From an uncultured Planctomycetaceae bacterium (lineage in GTDB: Bacteria > Planctomycetota > Planctomycetia > Isosphaerales > Isosphaeraceae), in assembly GCA_963833985.1 (NCBI GenBank), contig CAWIAD010000001.1, forward strand, positions 416,001 to 480,000: DNA of 64,000 nucleotides, given 5' to 3'. Within the stretch, counting starts at the first letter, position 1; every line of letters begins with the position of its first letter. Below are positions 45,454 to 56,622 of the stretch, piece by piece. The notes beneath the pieces were generated by a model. That model did not search any database and was not told where the DNA came from. It saw only the letters and a list, made by a program, of their open reading frames with translations. Both the position numbers and the translations under genes were made by a program.

Positions 45454-47097
45454 TTACAGCTCCGCAAGCACGCGGTGGGCGCAGGTGACGGCGAGGGCGC
45501 CGTCGCCCACGGCAAACGCGACCCGCTTCGTGGTGTTGCTGCGGACATCGCCGGCGGCGAACACCCCGGGAGAGCTGGTTTCCACCACGCACGGCTCACG
45601 GTGCTCCAGCGGCCATTTGCCGGAGTGGAAGGCGTCGGGACCGGTGAGGACGAAACCCTTGGCGTCCAGCACAATCGCCGGCGGCAGCCAGTCGGTGCGG
45701 GGCTGTGCTCCAATGAAGACGAACAGCGCGGAACACTCGAGCCGGCGCGTGGCGTCCGCGCCGGCCTGGCAAATCCGCACCCCGGAGAAGCTGCCGTTGC
45801 CCTCGACGGCCTGGACCTCGGCGCGGCGGAGCACCTCGATCTTCGGGTGCTGCTCGATGCGCCGCGCCAGGTAATCGGACATGTTCTTGCGCAGATCCTC
45901 GCCCCTGAGCAGCAGCACCACGCCCGAGGTGTGCTCGGCCAGGAACATCGCCGCCTGGCCGGCCGAGTTGCCACCCCCGATCACGACGGCCCGGCCGCTC
46001 TTGCAGGATCGCGCGTGCACCGATGTGCACGAATAATAGATCCCCGCGCCATCCCAGCGCTCGCAGCCGGAGACGGGGAGCCTGCGATAGGAGGCTCCGG
46101 TCGCGATCAGAATGGTCTTGCCCCGGACGATTTGCCCATCGTCCAGTTCCAGGCGATGCAGCTTCCCCTCGATGGCCATGGAACGGACCTCGACCGGGGC
46201 GACCAGCTCGGCACCGAACTTCAGCGCCTGAAGATAGCCGCGGTTGGCCAGGTCCGCGCCGCTGAGCCCCGCGGGAAAGCCCATGTAGTTCTCGATCCGC
46301 GAGCTGGTGCCGGCCTGGCCGCCCGGTCCGAAGCGGTCCAGGACCAGGGTGGAAAGCCCCTCGGAGGCGCCGTAGACCGCGGCCGCCAGGCCGGCCGGAC
46401 CTGCGCCCACGATCACCAGGTCGAACGGCTCGGTGCGAATGGGCCGCTTCAAGCCCAGGCATTCGGCCAGCCGCGTGACCGTCGGCCGCGCCGAGTGCAC
46501 GCCACGGTTGCAGACGACGAACGGCAGTTGATCGGGACCGGCCCCGAGCACCTGGTACGCCGCCTCCCCTTCCGGCTCGTCCAGGTCCACCCAGGTGTGC
46601 GGCACCTTGTTCTTGTCGAAGAACTCGCGGATCTCGGTCAGCTCGGGGTCGCCCATGTGGCCGAAGACGCGGACGCCCACGAACCCGGACTGCTCCAGCA
46701 GGGTGCGCCGGGTCTGGAACGCCTCGAGCAGCTTGTCGCTCAGGTCCGGGATCTCCTGGATCACCCGGCGCAGCTCGTGCTGGGCCACGCAATAGGTCTC
46801 CGTGTCACCCCGGGCGTAAGCGGAAATCACGGCAGGCCGATCGGTCAAGAGCGACACGTCGCCCGTGAACTCACGCGGTCCGTGCACCACGATGGTCTTC
46901 GACTCGTCGCCCGATTCATCGACGATGGCCACCTCGCCCGAAATGACCACATAAAAGGGCACCCCGCGCGCACCGGCCTGGAACAACGGCTTGCCGTCCT
47001 GGAACGAACAGGTCGTCGCTAACTTCGACAGGGCTTGCACTTCGGAATCGGTCAGTCGTGGGAACGCGAGCTGATGGGCGTAATCTACCGTCGCCAT
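45454..47097 (-). CDS. cyclic-nucleotide-binding domain fused to a thioredoxin-reductase-like flavoprotein
   Basis: cNMP domain FYVVISGEV..GPREFTGDVSLL; IVGAGPAG, GGQAGTSSRIENYMGFP, ATG, GGGNSAGQAA, FIGA, PGVFAAGDVR, AVGDG. Confidence 0.92.
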   Translation of the reverse strand: MATVDYAHQLAFPRLTDSEVQALSKLATTCSFQDGKPLFQAGARGVPFYVVISGEVAIVDESGDESKTIVVHGPREFTGDVSLLTDRPAVISAYARGDTETYCVAQHELRRVIQEIPDLSDKLLEAFQTRRTLLEQSGFVGVRVFGHMGDPELTEIREFFDKNKVPHTWVDLDEPEGEAAYQVLGAGPDQLPFVVCNRGVHSARPTVTRLAECLGLKRPIRTEPFDLVIVGAGPAGLAAAVYGASEGLSTLVLDRFGPGGQAGTSSRIENYMGFPAGLSGADLANRGYLQALKFGAELVAPVEVRSMAIEGKLHRLELDDGQIVRGKTILIATGASYRRLPVSGCERWDGAGIYYSCTSVHARSCKSGRAVVIGGGNSAGQAAMFLAEHTSGVVLLLRGEDLRKNMSDYLARRIEQHPKIEVLRRAEVQAVEGNGSFSGVRICQAGADATRRLECSALFVFIGAQPRTDWLPPAIVLDAKGFVLTGPDAFHSGKWPLEHREPCVVETSSPGVFAAGDVRSNTTKRVAFAVGDGALAVTCAHRVLAEL

Positions 47098-47314
47098 GGC
47101 CGAGCCTCCAGAGCGCGCAACAAGGTTCCGTGCGGTATGGGCCGTCTTCCCTATCGTGAATACCATGTCAAGCCCGTCCCCAGCACGCGAACGCATTCAT
47201 GACACCATACAAGGGGTCCGTCCAGGACGGCTGCACCCCGAAATGTCCGCCCGCAACATCGGCGCGATTGCCCCAGACGTGCCCGCATCTTGAAAAAGTT
47301 GCAAGAACTATTCG

Positions 47315-47343
47315 TTGACTCGATTCTGATGCTACGATAGTAT
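47315..47343 (+). promoter_or_regulatory. putative sigma70 promoter for the S55 peptidase operon
   Basis: TTGACT, 17 bp, TAGTAT in an AT-rich patch between divergent genes. Confidence 0.55.
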
Positions 47344-47566
47344 AAGAATAGATGATCCAGGATGGAGCAAATCGTCGGACGCGCCTTCGTCGATGAGGAC
47401 GGCTCATCCGCTTGACGACACAGCGATCAGACCCGATCTCATCCGCGTGACTGGTTCCTGAGTGCTTGGGATACTGTCTGCACACACGGAATCGCGCCGC
47501 CTCTCTCTTGCTCAGCCATCTCTGGTCTTCCTACCTGTCACACCTTGTATCAGGGAGACCCATCCC

Positions 47567-49477
47567 ATGTATTCCGCGCTGCGCTCTTGGGGTACCACTT
47601 CCGCCCCTCTGCGGATGCTCCTGACCCTGGTCGCCCTGGCGGCCTGGCTGCCTGCACGGGCCGGCGAGCCGGACCCGAAGATGTACTGGGACGTGAAGGA
47701 TGTTCGCCCGGGCATGAGGGGTGTGGGCAAGACGGTGATGGTCGGCACCAAGCTCGAGGAGTTTGGAGCCGAGGTGCTGGGCGTGATGCGCGATGTGAAC
47801 CCGGGCCGGGACATGGTGCTGTGCCGGCTGACCGGCTGCAACCTGGAGCACGCGGGCATCATCCAGGGGATGAGCGGCAGCCCGATTTACATTGACGGCA
47901 AGCTGCTGGGCGCCGTGGCCTTCGCCTGGGAGTTCGCCAAGGACCCGATCGCGGGTGTGACGCCCTTTCAGCAAATGGTGCAGTACGTACGAGCGAGCGA
48001 CCGGCGGATCGCGGCGGAGTCGCGTGACCTGCTGCCCGCCAAGAGCTTTCAGGCTTCGCGGATGTCGCTTTTTCCGGACCTGGAGGGGCCGACCGGCGAG
48101 CCGTTCCCGCTGGACGGCCGGACGGCGCCCGTGCGGGTTTCCGGCGGCGGGATGGCCGGCATGACCCCGATCGCCACGCCGCTGGCGGCCTCCGGGTTCA
48201 GCCCCCGCGCCCTGTCGGTCCTGGAGACGCAGTTGCGGCCGCTGGGGATGGCCCCCATGGCCGGCGGGATGGCCCCCGAGCACGTCCTGCGGCAAGAGGC
48301 GTCCACTCCGCTGGTTCCCGGAGCGCCGCTGTCGATCGCCATGGTGATGGGTGATTTCGACCTTTCGGGCATTGGCACGGTCACCCACGTGGAAGGCAAC
48401 CGGGTGTACGGCTTTGGTCATCCGATGTTCAGCCTGGGCAGTTGCGATATGCCGATGATGACGGGCTTCATTCACACGGTTTATCCCCGCGCCAGCGTGA
48501 GCATGAAGATGGGCTCGCCGCTTCGGGTGGTGGGGATCCTGGACACCGACGTCAGCACCTGCGTGGCCGGCCGGATCGGGCCCAAGCCGGACATGCTACC
48601 CGTGCACGTGCAGGTGAAGACCGGCCGGTATGCCGATTCACGGCAATACCACGTGCAGATGATCCGCGAGCCAACGCTCTTGCCGGCCCTGCTGATGTCC
48701 GTCCTCACCAGTGCCATTGATACCGAGGGCAACCTGCCGGAGGAGTTGACGGCCCGTCTGAGCGCCACGTTCCAGGTGCGTGGGTACCCGCCGATCACGT
48801 TCACCGATACGTTCAGCGGCCCGCGCTACACCGGGCAGTCCGGTGCGGCCGCTCTGTTCTCGCCGCTGGCGTCGATCGCCAACCTGCTCGTGCGGAACTC
48901 GCTGGCCCCGGTGCGGATCGAGAGCATCGACTGTGCGGTGGAGATTGAACCGGGTCGCAAGGTGGCGGCCATCGAGTCGGTCCGCCTGCTCTCCGACACG
49001 GTCGAGCCCGGTCAGGACCTGAAGGCCTTTGTCACGCTCAAACCCTACAAGGGCGAGCGCGAGACCGTGGAGATGAAGATCGCCATCCCCGGCGACTTCC
49101 CGGAAGGCGGGTACGAAGCCGTCTTCAGCGACGCCTCCACCAGCTTGCGCCGGCGGTTCCGCAACGAGCCCCCGCTGGCCGAGCCGCGCGACCTGGCCGG
49201 CTTCATGTCCACCATCCGCATGCAGACCGAGCCCAAGCGGACCGCGGTGTACGCCCACGTCCCCACGCCCGAGCGCGGGCTGGCCGTGCAGGGGCAGGAG
49301 CTGCCGAACCTTCCTGGCAGTGTGCGGGCCGCGTTCGCGTCCAGGAAGGAGTCGCCGGCGCAGCCGATCCGTTCGGACCTGATCGCCGTTGGCTCCACGC
49401 TGTGGGTGGTGGAAGGCTCGCAGACGCTGCACTTCACCGTGGCCAAGGACGCGGGCATCTCGCTATCGTTGAAGTGA
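47567..49477 (+). CDS. SpoIVB-like peptidase S55 domain protein, secreted
   Basis: Signal peptide; GIIQGMSGSPIYIDGKLLGAV, AGVTP, IGTVTHV, FGHPM. Confidence 0.9.
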   Translation: MYSALRSWGTTSAPLRMLLTLVALAAWLPARAGEPDPKMYWDVKDVRPGMRGVGKTVMVGTKLEEFGAEVLGVMRDVNPGRDMVLCRLTGCNLEHAGIIQGMSGSPIYIDGKLLGAVAFAWEFAKDPIAGVTPFQQMVQYVRASDRRIAAESRDLLPAKSFQASRMSLFPDLEGPTGEPFPLDGRTAPVRVSGGGMAGMTPIATPLAASGFSPRALSVLETQLRPLGMAPMAGGMAPEHVLRQEASTPLVPGAPLSIAMVMGDFDLSGIGTVTHVEGNRVYGFGHPMFSLGSCDMPMMTGFIHTVYPRASVSMKMGSPLRVVGILDTDVSTCVAGRIGPKPDMLPVHVQVKTGRYADSRQYHVQMIREPTLLPALLMSVLTSAIDTEGNLPEELTARLSATFQVRGYPPITFTDTFSGPRYTGQSGAAALFSPLASIANLLVRNSLAPVRIESIDCAVEIEPGRKVAAIESVRLLSDTVEPGQDLKAFVTLKPYKGERETVEMKIAIPGDFPEGGYEAVFSDASTSLRRRFRNEPPLAEPRDLAGFMSTIRMQTEPKRTAVYAHVPTPERGLAVQGQELPNLPGSVRAAFASRKESPAQPIRSDLIAVGSTLWVVEGSQTLHFTVAKDAGISLSLK

Positions 49478-49517
49478 CGGGCGAGTCTTGCCCGGATTCA
49501 CGAGACGCGAGGGCGAC

Positions 49518-51728
49518 ATGAGGCAAAGGCTGGGGGCGGAGCAGGGGCCCGGCTGGCATACGGCCGGGCAGCCGGGCCTGCGTGTACTGGCGGCAGGAAC
49601 GGCATTGACCCTGCTGGTCTCACTGTCCGCCTGGGCCAAGCTGGACACCTGGCGCCAGGAAGGCGCCTCGGCGTTCTCGAAGCACCACCGTGAGAGCGTG
49701 GTGATCTCGGACAAGGGACGAGCGCGGCTGGGCCATGCCCTGCTGCCAACGGGAAGCCTGGCCGCCGAGCGGGTCTGGGACCTGGCGCGGCGCCGACGGC
49801 ACGGTGTACGCGGCCACCGGCGATGCGGGCAAGGTGTTCCGCCAGCCTGCCCGGGACGGTGGTTCGTGGACGGTGGTGTTCGATGCGGCAGACACCCAGG
49901 CGCTATCGCTGGCGGCGACGCCCGAGGGGAAGGTCTTTGCCGGCACCGGCCCCGGGGGCCAGGTGGTGGAGGTCACCGACCCGCAGCATCCCGCCTCGCG
50001 GCCCGACCCGAAGGTCCAGTACATCTGGGACCTTGCCGCCGACGCCCAGGGAAACCTGTACGCGGCCACGGGGCCTTTCGGCCAGCTCTGGAAGCGGTCG
50101 CGCGATGGCAAGTGGTCGCTGCTCTTCGATAGCAAGGCTGCGCACCTGCTCTGTCTGGCGGTGGCGCCCGACGGATCGGTGTACGCCGGCAGCGACGGTG
50201 AGGGCCTCATCTACCGCGTCAGCCGCGAGGGGAAAGTCGCGGTCCTCTACGACGCCCCGCAGGCCGAGGTCCGCAGCTTGCTGCTGGCCCCCGACGGAGC
50301 GCTGTACGCGGGGACCGCGGCCGAGGCGAGCGGCAACAGCGGGTCAAGCCGCAGCGCGCTGTTCTCGCTGCGCGAGGACGGCCGCGGCCCGGACGAGCGT
50401 GGAGTCGCGGTGCAAGCGGTTCCGGTGGGCCGGTCCGCCAGTGCGCTGGCGTCGTTTCAGGCCCGCGGCACGGCCACGTCCCCGGCTCAGCCGGGCGCGC
50501 AGGCCCCCCGCGGCGGGCTCGGCGGCTCCCCGCCCCGTGACGGCCGGTGATAACGCCGTCTACCGCATCGACGGCGACGGCGTGGCCCGCGAGGTCTTCC
50601 GCATCAAGGCGCTGATCTTCGCGCTTTGCTGGTCCGGCGACCGCCTGCTCGTCGGCACCGGTCCGGACGGCCAGCTCTTCGAGGTGCGAGACCAGGGCGC
50701 CGAGAGCACGCCTCTGGCGCGCCTGGACAACGGACAGATCCTCGCGCTGCTGGCGCGGCCGGACGGCGAGGTCCTGCTCGGGACGGGCGACCCCGGCACG
50801 GTCGCCCGGCTTTCCCCCGCCTATGTCAACCAGGGAGAGCTGGTCTCGGAAGTGCACGACACCCGGCTGCTCAGCCGCTTCGGCGCGCTGTCGTGGCGGG
50901 CTGACGTGCCGGCCGGGACGTCGGTTGCGCTCCAGGCCCGCAGTGGGAACGTGGGCGAGCCCGACGAGACCTGGTCGGCCTGGTCGGCCGAGCAGACCGA
51001 TCCGGCGGCGGCGCGGGCCGAGTCGCCCCCGGGCCGGTTCGTGCAGTACCGGGCGAAGCTGGCCACGCGTGATCCGGCACGTACGCCGGAGCTCACCAGT
51101 GTGTCGCTGTCGTTCCGCTCCGGCAACCTGCCGCCGGAGATCAACCGGCTGGACATCCCGGACCTGAGCACCGCCGACGGCACCACCCGGCAGACCCGGC
51201 TGAACGTGCGCGTGGGACGTGACCGACCCGAATGATGACGAGCTGAACTTCCTTGTCCAGGTGCGCAAGGAAGGCTGGCCGGCCTGGATCACATTGACCG
51301 AGACACCCATCACCGAGAAGAGCTACAACTGGGATACCACGGCGTTTCCTTCGGGAGATTACCGGATGCGGCTGGTGGTCAGCGACCGGCCGTCGAACAG
51401 CCCGGACGACGCCCTCACGCGGGACCGCGAGAGCCCCTCGTTCGTGGTGGATCACGAACCGCCGCAGGTCAAGGTGACGCCCAGGGAGAAGAAGGCGGTG
51501 ATCGTGCTGTCCGACAACCTGACCCGTGTCGTGAAGGCGGAATACGCGCTCGACGGCGGGGCCTGGACGCCGCTCTTCCCCGATGACGGCCTGTTCGACA
51601 CCACTCGCGAGCAAGTCACGCTGGCGCTGCCCGAGCTGAAGCCTGGCGCGCACCTGTTGATGGTTCGCGCCACCGACGCGGCCGGCAACATCGGCTCGGG
51701 CGATGCGCTGGTTGTGGTGAGGGACTGA
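49518..51728 (+). CDS. secreted beta-propeller protein with C-terminal beta-sandwich domains (frameshifts near 49790, 50505, 51215)
   Basis: Repeated blades VYAATG, VFAGTG, LYAATG, VYAGSD, LYAGTA; RSGNVGEPDETWSAWS, RFVQYRA, WDTTAFPSGDY, VRATDAAGN across four ORF pieces. Confidence 0.85.
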
Positions 51729-51731
51729 GCC

Positions 51732-52760
51732 ATGGTTCCCGGGCATCGATCGGGACGATGCGCTCACGGCGGGCTGCCGTCCCTGGTCCTGGGGCCGGGA
51801 CAGTGGCCGCGAGTGGCGAGGCGGCCGCGGCCGGGTGCCTGGAGACGCGGGCTCACGCTCATGGACGTGATCGTGGTACTGTTCCTCGCCGGCGTTTTCT
51901 TGCTGCTGTTGCTCATGGCCGTTCCCCGGAGCCGTGAACACGCGCGGCTGGCGGGGTGCCAGCGGAACCTCGCCCAGATTGGCCTGGCGCTGGCACTCTA
52001 CGACCAGACCCAGCACCAGCTTCCGGGGACTGGCGGGCTCGAGGCGCCGGCGTCGCCCGGGCCCGCTGCCGGGCCGGGACCGCTGAGGACCCTGCTCCAG
52101 ACGCTGCGGCAAGCGGATTTCCTGGACCTGAGCCCGACCGTGAGCCCCACACACCCTTCCGGCCCTGTCCCGGGGGAAGTGCCGGTTCCCGGCTTCGTGT
52201 GCGCGAGCGATCAGAACGCCACGGCCGGGCTGTTCCGGGCGCCAGTGAGCTACCGGGCCTGTACCGGCAGCGGCCTCTCCGGCGGTGACGGCATCTTTGC
52301 TGCCGGGCAGAGGACCAGCCTCGCCGATGTCGAAGAGCGCGACGGTGCCGGCTACACCGCCGCCTTCGCGGAGCGACTGGTCGGTGACGGCAACGACGGC
52401 CACCTTTCGAATTCCAATTATGCCGTCGCGGCCGGCCCTCTTCCCAGCCAGGGGTGCTCGCTGCTCTGGCTCAAGGACCACGCGGCGAACTGGCGCGGGG
52501 ACGCCGGCGCGACCTGGTTTCCCGCCGGCTACCGCGGCACGCTGTACAATCACGCGCTGCCGCCGGGTGCGCCGCTCTCTTGCGTGGCACTCGATGGACA
52601 GACGGCGGCCATGGGAGCCTCCAGCGGACACACCCGCGGCATCAACCTGCTCTTGCTCGACGGATCGGTGAAGATCGTCTCGCCGGCGATTGATTTGGAT
52701 GTGTGGCGACGCTTTGCCGCGGTGGCGGACTCGCGCCCGGACCGCCGGTTCCATGAACGA
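51732..52760 (+). CDS. DUF1559-family prepilin-like protein with H-X9-DG motif; 3' end uncertain
   Basis: GLTLMDVIVV, REHARLAGCQRNLAQIGLAL, FVCASD, DGAGYTAAFAE, SSGHTRGINLLLLDGSVK. Confidence 0.85.
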
Positions 52761-52802
52761 GGCTGCCACGAACGAGGCCGCCCTACCTGGGAGACAACTG
52801 CG

Positions 52803-53437
52803 ATGCGCATCCCTGTCCTGATGTTCGATTTCGGGAACGTGGTCGGTTTCTTCGACTACACGGCCATGTTCCACCGTTTCGGCACACGCCTGGGGCTGTC
52901 GGCCGGCGAGTTCGAGACGATGATGTTCGACCGCGGCGCGGCGGAACTGGGGCGGGAGTTCGAGAGCGGCAAGCTGAGCGCCGAGGAGTTTGCCAGGCAG
53001 ATCATCACGCTGGCGGGCCTGGACATGACGTTCGAGGAGTTCGAGACTCACTGGCCGGACATCTTCACGCTCAACGAACCAGTGGCGCGGCTGGTCGCCG
53101 GGCTCAAGCAGCGCGGCTACACGCTGGTGCTCGGCTCGAACACCAACGTGCTGCACGCCAGGTTCTACCGCCACCGCTTCGAGGAGGCGCTGGCGCCCTT
53201 CGATCGCTTCGTCTTCTCGTACGAGATCGGCGAGATGAAGCCCTCGCTGTCTTTCTACCGTGCGTGCGTCTCGAGCGTGGGGGTGCCGCCCGGCTCGTGC
53301 CTCTTCATCGACGACGCCCTGGCCAACGTGGAGGGGCGCGGGCCGCGGGCCTCCAGGCCGTCCACTACCGCGACACGCCCGGCCTGATCGCGGATTTACG
53401 CGGGCTCGGGGTCGAGGTCCCGGACGTCGAGTGCTGA
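52803..53437 (+). CDS. HAD-family phosphatase, YihX-like (frameshift near 53340)
   Basis: FDFGNVV, GSNTN, SYEIGEMKP, FIDDALANVEG; the shifted frame continues AAGLQAVHYRDTPGLIADLRGLG. Confidence 0.88.
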
Positions 53438-54701
53438 ACGGGCGCCCTGCTCGGCCAGCTCCAGAAAACGGATCGGACCGCCCGGCTGGGCCGGCTCCAG
53501 GCAGGCGGCCAGATGCGCGGCCCAGACGAGGAAGCCCTCCTCGGGGTCGAAGTAAAGCCGGTGCAAGGCTCGTTCGATACGCGATCCCCTGCGCATCGCG
53601 AAGACCTCGCCAGGTAGCTGGAACAATGTGTGAATCTGGAAGCTGGTGCAGCCGCGCAGCGCGTACTCAAGGGCGATCCGGCCCGAGCTGATATCACCCG
53701 TGGCACTGATTTCCAGCGGCCTTCGGCCGATCTGGCCGGAGTCCTGGGCCTGCCGGAGCCGGGTGAGGAGACGCAGGTTGCGGTCGCTCAGGTCGGGCCC
53801 GCCGTAGGCGACCCCGGTGGCACCCTCGAAGACGCGGAGGGAATCGAAGAGCCGGTTCGCGTAGATCAGGTAATCCGGCCCGCCGTGTCCGAACGCCTCG
53901 GCCAGCATGGCAAGCTGGAAGTCGTCCTCGTCGAGGCTGTTGAACAGCTTCAGGCCGATTGTCACGGCTTGCGGCGCGGAATTCCGGATCAGCTCCGGCA
54001 CCGTCCGCAGCCAGCCCAGGACCGTGGGCCGGGCGGCGGCCAGGTCTGAACCGGCCAGCGTCGGGGAGAAGTCCTTCTCCAGGGGCATGGGTAGACTGCC
54101 CCCGCCCTGCCGCCACGCGTCCAGCAGCGCCGCGGTGGTCGCGGCGTACTCGGCGCGTCTCCAGTCTGTCTCACCGGGCCCGGGAAGGTGATACTTGACC
54201 GAGGGGATGACCGGCATCCCGGCGGATCGCCCGAGTGCGGCTCCTTCCCGGACCAGCGAGAGGTAGTCCTCGAACGATTGCCACCAGCCCCGGCCTTTCC
54301 AGGTGACGGTCCAGCCCCGCGCACCGGTGGCCGGGCTGGTGATCGGCTCGGCGACCATCCGTGATTCCTTGACGGCCCACGCTCCCATCGACTGCCGGCC
54401 GCGGGCGTCCTGGGCGATCACGGTCTTGAGGATCGCGAACCCCAGCCCGGCGTCGGCTGCTTCCTCGAGCTGGCCGAGATTGAGCGTGAGCTGGCCGGAC
54501 GCCTTTCCCCAGGGGTTGCGCAGGGGCAAACCCGCATAGCTGGCGGTCATGTCCAGGCGGTAGTGCTCCAGCAGGTAGGCGTCCAGGTTGGCGGGCAGGC
54601 CGCCGGCGGCAAACCGGTCGTGGTCCGCGCGGATCTTTCTCAGGGAGCTCCGCGTGCACACGCGGACGGACAGGCAAGAGGTGCGGCCGCGCCGCCGTCA
54701 T
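53396..54701 (-). CDS. divergent dihydroorotate/dihydropyrimidine dehydrogenase-like FMN TIM-barrel protein
   Basis: YAGLPLRNPWGKASG, ILKT, GLKL, YGGPDLSDRN, ISATGDISSG, GCTSFQIHT. An ATGA overlap at 54698-701 suggests the true start, with an indel near 54636-54660. Confidence 0.7.
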
Positions 54702-55690
54702 GGTGCCAGCTCCACAAGGTCCGGTACCTCTTCGTGGATCGCCCGCAGGCACGCCCCGAGCGAGTCGAAATCGGCAGGGTCGAGCGCGGGTCCAAAGGGG
54801 TCGTGAGCCGCTGCCGCCGGCAGGACTCCCTGGTGCACCAGGCACCAGAGCATGCGCTGGATGTACCCTTCCATCGGCGCGCGGAAGGTTGCCTGACCCA
54901 GCATGTCCACCAGGCGGCTGTACCTCAGAAAGTCTTCGGCCCGATTGCGAAAGTGGCTGTCCAGCAGGACCGCCTGGAGCTTGGTGCACGCAGCACCCAT
55001 GCCCACCAGCGCGGCCCGTGCGCCCGACATCAGGCTGTAGCCGAGGAACCGGTCCTCGCCGGTGATGAGCAGTTTGCCGGGAGCGGCCATTTCCAGCAGC
55101 CGCGCCAGATCCTGAAATGTGATGATGCGTTCAAGCGTGGCGACCTTGATGCCCAGGACGTCCGGCCGGGAGAGCAGCGTGCGGAGCACCTGCCGGCTGT
55201 AAGCGATGCCGCCGGCCTCGGGGTAAAGGTAGAAGAGGACGAGCGGCAGGCCGACCTCGGCGATCGCGGCGTGGTATGCGACCACCAGTTCATCCCGCTC
55301 GGCGCGGTCGCGGAAGGCCGTGGGCGGATGAACCAGGAGCGCATCGGCACCCAGGTCACAGGCTTGACGCGCCATGGTCCGGGCGGCGAGGATCACCTGG
55401 CCGAAATCGACCAGCTCAGGAGTTGCCCCGGCGGCCGCGATCAGCCGGCGAGGCGCTGGCACCGCCTTGCGCCAGCACTGGAGCACCAGGCGGCGGCCGT
55501 CGGCAGCGAGGCGCAGGCCCCGGCCGGTATGTGCCCAGACGGCGACCCCGCCGATCGGCTGTGCGGCCATCCAGGCGGCATAGCGCTCCTGGGCCGGTAC
55601 ATCGATCCTCCCGGCGGAGTCGAACGTCACGGGGACCGCCGGGATCAGTAGGGTATCCAGCGAGTCATGAAGATGATCAGATTCCAGCAT
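54698..55690 (-). CDS. DHDPS/NAL-superfamily aldolase-like protein
   Basis: PAVPVTFD...ID, VWAHTGRG, IAAAG, GADALLVHPP, LVLFY, GIKVA, ITGED. Confidence 0.85.
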   Translation of the reverse strand: MLESDHLHDSLDTLLIPAVPVTFDSAGRIDVPAQERYAAWMAAQPIGGVAVWAHTGRGLRLAADGRRLVLQCWRKAVPAPRRLIAAAGATPELVDFGQVILAARTMARQACDLGADALLVHPPTAFRDRAERDELVVAYHAAIAEVGLPLVLFYLYPEAGGIAYSRQVLRTLLSRPDVLGIKVATLERIITFQDLARLLEMAAPGKLLITGEDRFLGYSLMSGARAALVGMGAACTKLQAVLLDSHFRNRAEDFLRYSRLVDMLGQATFRAPMEGYIQRMLWCLVHQGVLPAAAAHDPFGPALDPADFDSLGACLRAIHEEVPDLVELAP

Positions 55691-55801
55691 GCATGGGGTC
55701 TCGAGGAGTGGTGCGTCACGCCGGCTGCCAGCGCGGGCTTTCGTGGGCAGCCAGCGCTGCGGGGCGTGATGCAACCGCGGGGCGCGTGTCGCCCTACTGT
55801 A

Positions 55802-55950
55802 TTAGGGCGGTTTTCTCACGAGTTGCAAGCAGTTTCTGAGATCTTGGGAAGGGGGGCAGACATTCCTGTCTGCCAGGGCAGGCCTGCTCCGGCAGGCAGG
55901 AATGCCTGCCCCCCGGTCTCAGTCTGCGATCCGAGTGAAAACCGCTCCAG
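55802..55950. repeat. MITE-like element enclosing a REP doublet
   Basis: Outer IR TTAGGGCGGTTTTCTCACG / CGAGTGAAAACCGCTCCAG; inner GGGGGGCAGACATTCCTGTCTGCC (55851-74) and inverted arm (55891-914). Confidence 0.8.
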
Positions 55951-56622
55951 CTCACGCCCGGGTAGGACGGGCAAGCCCCAGCCCCAGGCCGCGAAAAGAC
56001 AGAGAAGCATGACCAGAGGTTTGACTTCTTCGATCCAGAGGACAGACTCATACGGACAGGTTTCCCGCATCTTGCGGGCCCCGGAATTCGTCTGTCACCC
56101 ACCTCGCACGGCATCCCCCTCGAATTCTCCAAAAAGGACCTTGACGAACGGAATCCCACAGGTAATCATTGTCTGTGTGCATGGAGTGATTCAACCACAC
56201 AAGCCAGCATTCTGAACTCTGGAGGGGCCGCTTCCGGGCTGCCGGATCCAGGGTGGCACGTACGGGGCAGGGTCGCCGGGCGTGATCTCGGCCGGCCGAC
56301 GCGCCTGTGAGAGGCGCCGGAGCCGGAATGGTAGCGGGCTCGCGCGAACCGAGATGTGAAGAGATGACGGGGCATCGCTGAAAGTGTTCAGCCAGGACGA
56401 ACGAGACGGAGTGCGATCTGGCCTTGGAGTGAGGCCTCTTTGGAGATGCAGGTAAGGTCGATCGCCGGCTAGGGAGGGGCGGATTCGCCCCGACGGTGGT
56501 CCCCGCAGCATATTCTGGTGAGTCACCTTGATCGAGGTGGTTTCAGACGGGCGATCCGTGTCGCGCCATTGCGCGGTACGATCGCACCGTGCGAAACCCC
56601 TAGCGAACCGGGGAGTCTGTCG

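Noticed and set aside
47350..47560. Possible riboswitch or ncRNA in the long leader before the S55 gene
   Set aside because: No recognisable aptamer or terminator; an Rfam scan would be needed.
51732..53387. DUF1559-HAD fusion protein
   Set aside because: The HAD domain has its own ATG and GGGAG RBS, an exported pilin fused to a cytoplasmic phosphatase is implausible, and indel errors are common here; a lost stop near 52755 is more likely.
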